A DNA stretch of 31,886 nucleotides from Candidatus Muiribacteriota bacterium (GTDB lineage Bacteria > Muiribacteriota > Muiribacteriia > Muiribacteriales > Muiribacteriaceae), in NCBI GenBank assembly GCA_051747805.1, contig JBNJGP010000029.1:1-31886 (forward strand). Reading direction: 5' to 3'. Position numbers and translations under genes: made by a program. Positions within the stretch are counted from its first letter, which is position 1; each line of letters opens with the position of its first letter. This document shows positions 10,501-18,475 of this stretch, piece by piece. The notes under the pieces are model-generated. The model worked only from the letters and a program-made list of their open reading frames with translations. It made no database searches and had not been told where the DNA came from.

Positions 10501-10728
10501 CAGGAGTTTAATTTTGATAGTGTTGATTTAAAAGGTGAGAGTTCATCTATAAATTTGAATATTATAAAAAAGCTTAGTCCAGATTTTACAATGAATTATG
10601 AAGTTGGATTGAGCGAGGAAAAAGAAAGTTTGGGGTTAAGGTACAGGGTTGGAGAAAATATTTTTATTGAGCATGAAAGTGCTGAAAAAGAGAATAATTT
10701 AAAATTAAAATGGAATTTAAACTTTTGA
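7567..10728 (+). CDS. TamB/AsmA-like large envelope protein (1053 aa), divergent
   Basis: N-terminal TM anchor; long beta-strand-rich body; TamB-like C-terminal LYSEPELNENEIMELL; terminal LKLKWNLNF; lies directly upstream of the Omp85 gene. Confidence 0.7.
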   Translation: MERVLLKTILFLAVLLVFFSFLYSGEIENFFISEFKQQISNLEKYDVNINYSSLSYNFFQIILKDVEVEYNNSFLLKGQKVTLKPDLRKLFTNFKFIPHISIYNGKSRVDLKKESELSFFNEIEIGKIDYFNIDLTVNNIYLHNEYKNIKFPDSSGLINTGIFVNDFFSLSNSEINIETSKTGQLYSGNIKIKDGDVVEYETFLKEFENFKFIKGVFDAQIKYTVNQEGFKPDGTIFFKNVNMKHSEYDMVDITNYNGKIKLDDNIRFFIDNSVFVNGKKINFSGVKKRYQYIEITFIPEFLENGFLKINGKEGSYNYEGEGGWGDFSFRIINNRISFNYSELINGGIYINSNLNNGNFFLDYKNDINIWGDLAFCSEEMQIKSNNSFLRYKDSQYLFNINYKNEVLNIESPELFLMNFDKNTSLINGEFFLNQKKQVFEGRYSAEKNLISLQNSSGFLKIPLDEIKKTKFDYNLILDEIIFDKFKASNIDLSLKYNEEFELNGEAGKISYNDFIFKNIKITSNNIFNKISFKNKHNNLNLFVKEDKWEGTLKNYSYTFSVGDKTSYLFINKGNIKYEGEKIKIIPEKAHLEFKENIFNYISGNIYICSQKGIYSDNMILKRGKDKVNISFSIKNKDFDYNIKITGNEPYNINDFLQIVNKNINIKGTNNNYNGIIELEEASVDLGEKHPFGGRLILNNNILNISEIKVLNNQDELMVSGYYDYIMDEFDLEVEVENDTELDIANNNFSFLGQINGILNVSKRNNNYILGGALNINGAKLNVKGFKDLYDKINLKELALKYNKLEIDYKKNFLICEGEIKIKDKKSIDKFNNRVVSGEVDFLGNTFDIYEGRIQIDNSDFSPDNKKIKFNHNNKLNTEYRVNLKDYSFSNNKNTYLNNSLWLNVVLKKKIEDNTIFVRVSGNNENRNIMLYSEPELNENEIMELLKRNSVFSFFEASDNKERFLRFLGMEKNLLKRFTQEFNFDSVDLKGESSSINLNIIKKLSPDFTMNYEVGLSEEKESLGLRYRVGENIFIEHESAEKENNLKLKWNLNF

Positions 10729-12350
10729 AAAAAAATTTTATAAGTTTGTTATTAATATCGCTAAGTATAATCAGTTATTCAAATTCTGAAATTATCACCG
10801 GTATTGAATTCATAGGCAATACTATTCATGGTTACGAGGAACTTAAACTTTATATTGAAAGTGATGTTGGTAATCAATTTGATGGCGAAATACTGCAACA
10901 GGATATTAATAATATATATAAAACGGGATTTTTTGCTGATGTGGGTGCAGATACAGAATATTTTTCCGGCGGAGTTAAAATTATTTTTGAGTTAATAGAA
11001 AATGAAACAGTAGAGGCTGTTCAATTTGAAGGAAATAATGAGTTTGACTCTTTTGTATTTAAAAATTTTATTAAACTTCAATCTGGAACCATTTTTAATT
11101 TTAATCACCTTAAAAAGGATATAGAAAGTATTGAAGAATTTTATGCTTCAAATGGTTTTGTTCGAAGCCGGGTAAGAGATGTAGAAGTTAAAAAAGGCGG
11201 TCAAATTATTCAAATAGAAATAACTGAACCAGTTATCGATAAGATTTCTTTTAAAGGTAACACTCAAAATGACAGCAGCTATTTGAAAAGGGTCTTAAAT
11301 GTAGAAGAAAAAAAACATTTTAATTATTTTACAATTAGAAAAGGGCTTGAAAATTTACAGAATACGGGTTTGTTTGAGGGGGTTGATTTTACCGTTGATG
11401 AGGGTGAAAATTTTAAATATCTTAATATTGAAATAAACGTTGAGGAAAAGAAGACTGGCCAGCTTGCAATTGGTTTAAATTATGGCTCATATAATGGTTT
11501 TGTTTTTTTTATGGAGGTTGAAAAGAAAAATTTCAGAGGCAGTGGTGAAAATCTTTCTTTTGAATTAAAGGCAGGTCAGGTTAAAAATTATAGTTTTAAT
11601 TATAGAAAGCCTTATGTTTTTCGCACTGATTACGATTTAGATATTGAGCTTTTTAACAAAAATATTTTACGTGAACAGTTTGATGCTAGCGGAAACAAGC
11701 AAATTGAATACGATGAAAAAAATACTGGTTTTGGCATTAAGTTTTCTAAAAAGGATATTAACTCAAAATACTCTCTGGAATATATTAATGAAAATCTGGA
11801 CTATGAAATAGCCAACTCAATTTTTAATGAAAGAAAAGAGTGGTTAAAATATTCTAAATCAATTCAAAACAGAGATTCACTAGTAATTGGTGGAGTTTCT
11901 CTTACCGGTTATAGTTTTCTTTCTGGTAATCAGGAGTATGCTAAATTTAATCTTTCCTATCAAAAAAAAAATAAAAATCAAAAAGATAATAATATTCTGG
12001 CCTGGAGGTTAAAAACTGAGTTTGTCAACAAAGATAGTGATACGCTTTTTGAACATGAAAAATTAAAACTCGGCGGTGGAGACTCCCTTAGAGGGTATAA
12101 GTATTCTCATTTTACATCAAATAGATATTTTCTAGGTAATTTAGAGTATAGATTAGAAATTAATTCTCAAATAAGGTATATTTTATTTTCTGATATAGCT
12201 TTTATTGAAAGCGATTTTAAAAAAACAATTGGATTTGGGTTGGCATTTAATACTCCGGCTGGTATAATAAGATTGGATTATGGCAGGCCTATAGGTGATA
12301 ATTTGAATGAAACTGGAAGAATTTATCTTGGAACCGGTTATATGTTCTAA
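10710..12350 (+). CDS. bamA: Omp85/BamA-family outer membrane protein assembly factor, about 3 POTRA domains
   Basis: Three POTRA-like starts (IEFIGN, VQFEGN, ISFKGN); NFRGSGE; LGGGDSLRGY; TPAGIIRLDYG; C-terminal Phe. Alternative TTG start at 10725 gives a TTGA overlap. Confidence 0.88.
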   Translation: MEFKLLKKNFISLLLISLSIISYSNSEIITGIEFIGNTIHGYEELKLYIESDVGNQFDGEILQQDINNIYKTGFFADVGADTEYFSGGVKIIFELIENETVEAVQFEGNNEFDSFVFKNFIKLQSGTIFNFNHLKKDIESIEEFYASNGFVRSRVRDVEVKKGGQIIQIEITEPVIDKISFKGNTQNDSSYLKRVLNVEEKKHFNYFTIRKGLENLQNTGLFEGVDFTVDEGENFKYLNIEINVEEKKTGQLAIGLNYGSYNGFVFFMEVEKKNFRGSGENLSFELKAGQVKNYSFNYRKPYVFRTDYDLDIELFNKNILREQFDASGNKQIEYDEKNTGFGIKFSKKDINSKYSLEYINENLDYEIANSIFNERKEWLKYSKSIQNRDSLVIGGVSLTGYSFLSGNQEYAKFNLSYQKKNKNQKDNNILAWRLKTEFVNKDSDTLFEHEKLKLGGGDSLRGYKYSHFTSNRYFLGNLEYRLEINSQIRYILFSDIAFIESDFKKTIGFGLAFNTPAGIIRLDYGRPIGDNLNETGRIYLGTGYMF

Positions 12351-12461
12351 GTTAATAACCTGTTAAGCCTGAAAATTTCAGGTTGAATACCAGAAATTTT
12401 GAGGAGAATTTGCCAAACTCAAGGTTTAAATTAAAAAAAAAAATTTAAGGAGTGTTGTTTT

Positions 12462-12956
12462 ATGAAAAAACTATTTGTTTTATTTGCTGTATTAGGTATG
12501 TTTTTTTGTGTTGAGGCTTTTTCGGAGGTTGGAATAGTTGATTTTAATCAGATTATTGACAGGTATGAAAAAGCACGTAATGTTACTGAAGTTTTAAAAC
12601 GTGAATATGATGAGAGACAAAAAGAGCTTAATGAACTCCATGAAGAACTTGATAAAAGACGGGAAGAACTTGACAGTCAGAGAGAAACCGGGAAATTATC
12701 AGATGAAGAATTCCGTAAAAAACAGAGTGATTTTCAAGTTGATGTTATGGGTTTTCAAAGAAGGGCTCAGAATTTTGAAAAAGAGTTGCAGAAGATGGAA
12801 GAAGAACATTTTGTGGATATAAAAAAGGAAGTCCAAAAAGTTATTAAAAAAATAGCAGAAGATAAAAAATTAAGTCTTGTGCTTGAAAAAGGGGTTGTTC
12901 ATATGGGTGGAACAGATATTACTGGAGAGGTTATAGAGGAGCTGAATTCAAATTAA
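12462..12956 (+). CDS. skp: OmpH/Skp periplasmic chaperone
   Basis: Signal peptide; VGIVDFNQII; coiled coil; LVLEK ... GGTDITGEVIEELN; RBS AAGGAG; lies between bamA and lpxD. Confidence 0.9.
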   Translation: MKKLFVLFAVLGMFFCVEAFSEVGIVDFNQIIDRYEKARNVTEVLKREYDERQKELNELHEELDKRREELDSQRETGKLSDEEFRKKQSDFQVDVMGFQRRAQNFEKELQKMEEEHFVDIKKEVQKVIKKIAEDKKLSLVLEKGVVHMGGTDITGEVIEELNSN

Positions 12957-13991
12957 ATGAAAAAAATAAAAGTTAATAGACTGTTAGATTTTATAGAAGG
13001 AGAACTTTTTTTTAATAATAAAAAAGCCACTCCAGAAGATGATTATGTATATGGATTAAATACTCTTGAAAAAGCCTCTGAAAAAGAAGTTTCTTTTTTT
13101 GCCTCAAAAAAATATAAAAATGCACTTGTGGAAACTAAAGCTCTTTATATTATAATTGATGAAAAACTTTATAAAGAAGTTTATGACCTATGTCCAGAGA
13201 AAAAATTCATTATTGTGGATAATCCTTATTTTGGGTATAGACAGACAATTGAACTTTTTTCAGAAAAAAAGATTAAAACTGGTATTTCAGAAAAGGCATT
13301 TATTTCTAATTCAGCCTCTTTAGGAAGGCAGCTTTTTATAGATAATAATGTAACAATTGGCGAAAATGTAAAAATTGGAGACAATTCCATGATATATTCG
13401 GGAGCTGTTTTAGAAGATAATGTCGTTGTTGGTAAGAACTGTATTGTTTATCAAAATGTTATTATAAAAGAAAAATGTGTTTTAGGAAATGATGTTATAC
13501 TTCAGCCGGGGGTGGTATTGGGCAGCGATGGTTTTGGATTTGTTCCTCAGAAAGGCAGGGTTTATAAAATAACTCATATTGGAAATGTTATTGTTGAAAA
13601 TAATGTTGAAATAGGCTCTAATACTACAGTGGACAGAGGTGTAGTTGGCCCTACAACAATAGGAGAAAATACTAAAATAGATAATTTAGTTCATATTGCC
13701 CATAATGTACGTATTGGTAAAAACTGTTTTGTAGTTGCACAAGTTGGAATTGCCGGTAGTACAGTTGTTGGAAATAATGTAAAAATTGGAGGCCAGGCAG
13801 GGCTGGTTGGTCATATAAAGGTTGGCAATAATGTCACAATTGGAGCAAAAGCTGTTGTGATAAATAATATTTCTGATAATTCACATGTTTCCGGGTTTCC
13901 TGCGGTAAATCGTATTGAAGATATGAAAAATAAAGCTTATATAAAAAAACTTCCAGAGATTTTTAAAAAAATCAAAAAGAGAAATGATTAA
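12957..13991 (+). CDS. lpxD: UDP-3-O-acylglucosamine N-acyltransferase
   Basis: Hexapeptide repeats; [39 protein letters not shown]. Confidence 0.95.
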   Translation: MKKIKVNRLLDFIEGELFFNNKKATPEDDYVYGLNTLEKASEKEVSFFASKKYKNALVETKALYIIIDEKLYKEVYDLCPEKKFIIVDNPYFGYRQTIELFSEKKIKTGISEKAFISNSASLGRQLFIDNNVTIGENVKIGDNSMIYSGAVLEDNVVVGKNCIVYQNVIIKEKCVLGNDVILQPGVVLGSDGFGFVPQKGRVYKITHIGNVIVENNVEIGSNTTVDRGVVGPTTIGENTKIDNLVHIAHNVRIGKNCFVVAQVGIAGSTVVGNNVKIGGQAGLVGHIKVGNNVTIGAKAVVINNISDNSHVSGFPAVNRIEDMKNKAYIKKLPEIFKKIKKRND

Positions 13992-13994
13992 AAA

Positions 13995-14600
13995 ATGAAA
14001 AAAATAATATTTATAACATTGTTGAGTTTAATTTGTTTCAATATATACTGCTTCCCTTTTTTTGGCAGTCAGGGATATGCGTTGATACCTAATCATAAAC
14101 TTTCTCCTTCCTATGATAAAGTGGAACTTTCCGATATATCAGGTAAGTTCAAAAGGTATTCATACCCATTGATGCCTGAAAAGGCTAGTGTTGGTATTAC
14201 AAACCCGCCGTCTGGAAATAAAAAATATGATTTTAAATACTTGCTTGGAATGTACGATAATATGCTTTTGGGAGCTGGTGGAACCTCTATAGGGTCTTCA
14301 TCAGATGATAACTCCTTTTATACATTTGGTTCTTTTTATATGGAAACTGTTGAAGGGCTTTTTACAGCAGCTCTTTTTTATGAGAATGATGACTTCAACT
14401 GGGGCTGGTGTTATGAACAGGATTTTGGCGGAGGGATGATGTATTTTTATGAGAGAAAAAATGGTTACACAAATCATGGTTATGAAATTTCACTTGGAGA
14501 AAATATTTATTATAAAAAAGTAAATACAGATAGTGATTTAACTTTTAATGGAAGCAAAATATCTGGCTATGAGGCTGTAATTTATTCAATGAGTTTATAA
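13995..14600 (+). CDS. Exported hypothetical protein, possibly a small outer-membrane beta-barrel
   Basis: Signal-peptide-like [19 protein letters not shown]; Tyr/Phe/Gly-rich alternating segments; tightly packed between lpxD and lpxC. Confidence 0.6.
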   Translation: MKKIIFITLLSLICFNIYCFPFFGSQGYALIPNHKLSPSYDKVELSDISGKFKRYSYPLMPEKASVGITNPPSGNKKYDFKYLLGMYDNMLLGAGGTSIGSSSDDNSFYTFGSFYMETVEGLFTAALFYENDDFNWGWCYEQDFGGGMMYFYERKNGYTNHGYEISLGENIYYKKVNTDSDLTFNGSKISGYEAVIYSMSL

Positions 14601-14610
14601 AGGAGAAAAA

Positions 14611-15888
14611 ATGAAACAGAAAACAATAAAAAAAGAGGTGAAGTTTAAAGGGGTTGGTGTTCATACAGGTAATCTGGCTAAGGCAGTAATAAAACCTGCC
14701 CCTGCTGGAAACGGTATAAATTTTATCAGAAAAGACTTAGAGCCAGAAGTTGTAATAACAGCTGATATTGAAAACGTATCTGATGTTGTAAGAGGGACTG
14801 CTCTTGAAAATAATGGGGTGCAAATTTATACAGTTGAGCATGTTCTTGCGGCATGTGCAGGCCTTGGTATATATAATCTTAATATAGAATTGAACTCAAA
14901 TGAATTTCCTGTTGGAGATGGTAGTTCAAAACCTATTGTGGAGCTCTTTGAGGAAGCTGGTATTGAAGAACTTAAAAAAGAACAGTCGGTTTTTAAAATA
15001 AATGAAATTATTGAGGTTACAAAAGACGATACCTACTTAATTATCAAACCTTATAACGGTTTTAAAGTATCCTTTACTATTGAATATGATCATAGTGTAA
15101 TTGGTTGTCAATTCAAAGAAGTTAATTTAAATGAGCAGGTTTTTAAAGATGAAATTATGTTTGCCAGAACTTTTGGGTTTTATAAAGATTATGAAAAGTT
15201 AAAAAGTCAGAAAAAAGCAGGTGGCAGTTCGCTTGAAAACACAGTAGGGTTAGATGAAAAAAGAGTTCTTAACCCTGAAGGTTTAAGAGCTTCTGATGAG
15301 TTTGTCAGGCATAAAATTCTTGATTTAATTGGTGATTTTTCACTTGCTGGAATTCCTGTTAACTGTCATGTGATTGCCTGTAAAGTGGGACACGCTTTAA
15401 ATGTAGAGGCGGTTAAAAAAATAAGAAAATTATATAAGGCAGAAAAAATGGCCCGGAATAATCTTGATATTGAGGCAATAAAGAGTATAATTCCGCATAG
15501 ATATCCTTTTCTGCTTGTTGATAGAATAATTGCAATTGAGGAAGGAAAACGGGCGTTAGGTGTTAAAAACGTTACTGTTAATGAGAATTTCTTTCAGGGA
15601 CATTTCCCTGTGAGACCTGTTATGCCCGGGGTTTTAATAATTGAAGCTCTTGCTCAGGTTTCCGGTGTTTTTTTATTATCCAAAGATAAATACAGAGGTA
15701 AGCTTCCCTATTTTGCAGGAATTGACAATGTAAGGTTTAAAAAACCTGTGGTTCCGGGGGATGTTTTGAAACTTGAAGTTATTGTAGTTAAAATAAAAGG
15801 TTCTTTTGGTAAAGTAAAGGGCATTGCATCGGTTGATGGAAAAATGGTGGCTAAAGGGGATTTGATGTTTTCGCTTGTTGATGTTTAA
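14611..15888 (+). CDS. lpxC-fabZ: Bifunctional LpxC deacetylase / FabZ dehydratase fusion
   Basis: Lpx[35 protein letters not shown]. Fab[32 protein letters not shown]. One open frame; RBS AAGGAG. Confidence 0.95.
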   Translation: MKQKTIKKEVKFKGVGVHTGNLAKAVIKPAPAGNGINFIRKDLEPEVVITADIENVSDVVRGTALENNGVQIYTVEHVLAACAGLGIYNLNIELNSNEFPVGDGSSKPIVELFEEAGIEELKKEQSVFKINEIIEVTKDDTYLIIKPYNGFKVSFTIEYDHSVIGCQFKEVNLNEQVFKDEIMFARTFGFYKDYEKLKSQKKAGGSSLENTVGLDEKRVLNPEGLRASDEFVRHKILDLIGDFSLAGIPVNCHVIACKVGHALNVEAVKKIRKLYKAEKMARNNLDIEAIKSIIPHRYPFLLVDRIIAIEEGKRALGVKNVTVNENFFQGHFPVRPVMPGVLIIEALAQVSGVFLLSKDKYRGKLPYFAGIDNVRFKKPVVPGDVLKLEVIVVKIKGSFGKVKGIASVDGKMVAKGDLMFSLVDV

Positions 15889-15954
15889 ATTAAATATAAG
15901 AAAATTTACCAGACTCAACAGAAAAAAATTTATAAATAAAGAAAGGATTGAAAT

Positions 15955-16737
15955 ATGGATAATATTTATATAGATGAAAGGGCTAATGTTTCCCATAAGG
16001 CTTTTATTGGCGAGGGAAGTTATATAGAGCCTAATGTTTTTGTTGGACCAGATGTTCAAATTGGTAGAAACTGTACACTAATGGCAAACTCGTATATTTC
16101 CGGTAAAACAACTGTAGGGGATAACTGTAAAATATTTCCTTCAGCCGTTATAGGTACAATTACTCAGGCTGTAAATTATGCAGGTGGTGAAAGCGGCGTG
16201 ATTATCGGAGATAATAATATAATTAGAGAATTTGTTACTATTAATGCTACAGAAGGCACTCAAAAAGATTATACATATATTGGAAATGATAATCTTATAA
16301 TGGCATACTGCCATGTGGCGCATCACTGCTGTATAAAAAATTCTGTTATTCTTTCAAATGCGGCTACGCTTGCAGGCCACGTAGAAGTCGAAAGTAATGC
16401 TATTTTAGGTGGACTTGCCGCTTTGCATCAATTTGTTAAAATTGGGAAATTTACTATTATTGGTGGTATGTCAAAAATAGTAAAAGATATTCCTCCTTAT
16501 TTAAAAGTTGATGGAAATCCTGCTAAGGTTTCAGGTTTAAATGTTGTTGCTTTTGAAAGAAATAATTTTTCAAAACAAAAAAGTTCCAATCTGAAAGAGA
16601 TTTATAAAATAGTTTATCGAAGCGGCTTAAATGTTTCTCAAGCTGTGTTGAAATTAAAAAAATCAGGAATGCCTGAATCTGATGAGTTTATTAAATTTAT
16701 TGAAAATTCTGAAAGAGGGATTTTATTCAAAACTTAA
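15955..16737 (+). CDS. lpxA: Acyl-ACP--UDP-GlcNAc O-acyltransferase
   Basis: Hexapeptide repeats; IREFVTIN, HVAH, LAGHV, HQF, DIPPY, SERGI; follows fabZ. Confidence 0.93.
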   Translation: MDNIYIDERANVSHKAFIGEGSYIEPNVFVGPDVQIGRNCTLMANSYISGKTTVGDNCKIFPSAVIGTITQAVNYAGGESGVIIGDNNIIREFVTINATEGTQKDYTYIGNDNLIMAYCHVAHHCCIKNSVILSNAATLAGHVEVESNAILGGLAALHQFVKIGKFTIIGGMSKIVKDIPPYLKVDGNPAKVSGLNVVAFERNNFSKQKSSNLKEIYKIVYRSGLNVSQAVLKLKKSGMPESDEFIKFIENSERGILFKT

Positions 16738-17398
16738 TATTTGTTTTTTTAACTCATTTTTAAATTTTTTCTTTCCGCCCTCCTGTCTTGTATGCGGCAG
16801 GATGGAAAGAACTTTTATATGTAGAAGTTGTGCCTGTAAAACTTTGCGAAAATCTCAAGAGTTAAAGAATCTGAAGGCGAAATATTCAAATGTTGATAAA
16901 ATCTATTATTTAGGTTCTTACAGGGGTGTTTTAAAGGCTAATATCTGGAAACTTAAATTTAAATTAAGTAAAAATAAAATGAAGCAGTTTGCATTTGCCT
17001 GCAAAAACTCGTTTAAACTCGAAAACAGACATTATGATTATATTCTTTATGTTCCTTCGTTTAAGAAAAAAGCAATTCATTCGCATGACCTCGCTGTTTA
17101 TCTCGGTAAAATTATATCGGTAAAGGTTCTGAGAGGTTTTCTTAAAAAAAATAGAGAAACAGAAGCTCAGAAAAAATTAAGCAGAAACTCCAGGAAAAAA
17201 AACTTAAAAGATGTATTTGAGATAAATAATAAGGTGAAAATTAAAAAAAACTCGAAAATCCTTCTTTTTGATGATATAATAACAACAGGAACAACTATTA
17301 ATGAAATTTTAAAGAGGTTAAAAATTTACAAAATAGACCTTCTTTTTTTAGCCATTGCAGATAAGAAAAACGAAGAAAAACAAAGTAAAACGAAGTAA
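16682..17398 (+). CDS. comF: ComF-family phosphoribosyltransferase-like protein, divergent
   Basis: FPPSCLVCG ... CRSC zinc ribbon; LLFDDIITTGTT PRT motif; lies upstream of flgM as in Bacillus. Start uncertain because ATG16682 overlaps lpxA by 56 nt. Confidence 0.8.
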   Translation: MSLLNLLKILKEGFYSKLNICFFNSFLNFFFPPSCLVCGRMERTFICRSCACKTLRKSQELKNLKAKYSNVDKIYYLGSYRGVLKANIWKLKFKLSKNKMKQFAFACKNSFKLENRHYDYILYVPSFKKKAIHSHDLAVYLGKIISVKVLRGFLKKNRETEAQKKLSRNSRKKNLKDVFEINNKVKIKKNSKILLFDDIITTGTTINEILKRLKIYKIDLLFLAIADKKNEEKQSKTK

Positions 17399-17434
17399 AA
17401 AAATATTATTTTTATTTAAACGGAATTTACGCCT

Positions 17435-17462
17435 TAAAGTGGTGACCGGTGCCAACCGATAT
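17435..17462 (+). promoter_or_regulatory. Sigma28 (FliA/SigD) promoter of the flgM operon
   Basis: TAAA(17435-38)-N16-ACCGATAT(17455-62), compared with the consensus TAAA-N15/16-GCCGATAT. Confidence 0.85.
17443..17453. repeat. Left copy of an 11-bp inverted repeat flanking flgM (TGACCGGTGCC)
   Basis: Exact reverse complement of 17933-17943; lies in the sigma28 promoter spacer. Confidence 0.8.
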
Positions 17463-17568
17463 ATAATATGAAAATAAATAACTATAAAATAAGGCAAAAA
17501 AACCGTTTTAAATAATAATAATTACAAGTGTAAGGTCGGATTTTTTATTTATTCATGGGGGATGTCAA

Positions 17569-17901
17569 ATGGATATTAATGGAATTAAGCCGCCAGGGTT
17601 GAAAAACACTGTCGACAATTTAAAAAACAGAAAAGCTGATGGAGCCAAGTTTAAAAAAGAATTAAAGTCCACTAAATCAGACAAATCAAACAAAATAATG
17701 TCGGGGGAAAAGATTAATCTATCCTCGAAGTCTGAAGAAGTAAAAGAAGCAAAAAAGATTGTGGATAATGCTCCCGATGTACGCTGGGATAAAGTCGAAG
17801 AATTTAAGGCTAAAATAGCGTCCGGAAGTTATGAAATTGATTCTGAGGCCATTGCGGATAAATTTATTTCAACAGGTTTTTATAAAAATCTTATTGAATA
17901 A
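17569..17901 (+). CDS. flgM: Anti-sigma28 factor FlgM
   Basis: KINLSS, PDVRWDKVEEFKAKIASGSYEIDSEAIADK. Confidence 0.92.
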   Translation: MDINGIKPPGLKNTVDNLKNRKADGAKFKKELKSTKSDKSNKIMSGEKINLSSKSEEVKEAKKIVDNAPDVRWDKVEEFKAKIASGSYEIDSEAIADKFISTGFYKNLIE

Positions 17902-17932
17902 TTTCTGCAGCATTAAGTTATAAAAAAGAGAG

Positions 17933-17943
17933 GGCACCGGTCA
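17933..17943. repeat. Right copy of the 11-bp inverted repeat (GGCACCGGTCA)
   Basis: Spans from the purine-rich RBS region to the A of the flgN ATG. Confidence 0.8.
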
Positions 17944-18419
17944 TGAAAGAATTATGCAATACTTTTTTAAAATACTTAAAAGAGCTTGAAAACAGGCTTA
18001 ATAAACTTATAGAGTTAAATTACTCTAAAAAAGAGATACTTCTTTCGGGTAATCAGGTAAATAAATTAATAGATAATATTAACAGGGAAGAAAATCTTGG
18101 AAGAGAGTTTTCCAGTATTCAGAAAAAAATCAATTTTTTCTTTAAAAATGAATGTGCTCATCTCAATATAAAAGCTTTTAATATTACTCAATTTCTCAAT
18201 TGTATTGTTGATTATAATGAAGAGTATGAAAAAATAAAAAAATACAGAGATATTATAAATAAAAAACTGTCTTCGTACAGGCATATTAAGCAGATTAACA
18301 TGACTTTGCTTAAAACCGAAGTTGATTATTATGGCTTTCTTTTTAATAATCTGAAGAAAAAAACAAGTTTTAAAAAAGAAAGTAAACATAATATAAATCT
18401 CTGTAATACAACAGCTTAA
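17943..18419 (+). CDS. flgN: Flagellar export chaperone FlgN
   Basis: Helical 158-aa protein between flgM and flgK; KKEILL and IKQINMTLL patterns. Call relies mainly on synteny. Confidence 0.75.
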   Translation: MKELCNTFLKYLKELENRLNKLIELNYSKKEILLSGNQVNKLIDNINREENLGREFSSIQKKINFFFKNECAHLNIKAFNITQFLNCIVDYNEEYEKIKKYRDIINKKLSSYRHIKQINMTLLKTEVDYYGFLFNNLKKKTSFKKESKHNINLCNTTA

Positions 18420-18475
18420 AATCCTTTCCTGAAATAAAAATAATAAAACTGGCAGGGGGATTAAGAGGGGGCAAC

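Noticed and set aside
12366..12384. Palindrome CCTGAA-AAT-TTCAGG after bamA, sharing CCTGAAA/TTTCAGG arms with the 24340 hairpin
   Set aside because: Short and AT-rich, with different spacing and no U-tract; not enough to call a terminator or a shared operator.
18419..18462. Possible pairing AATCC..CCTG / CAGG.GGATT upstream of the flgK RBS
   Set aside because: Interrupted stem with a large loop; no support beyond chance.
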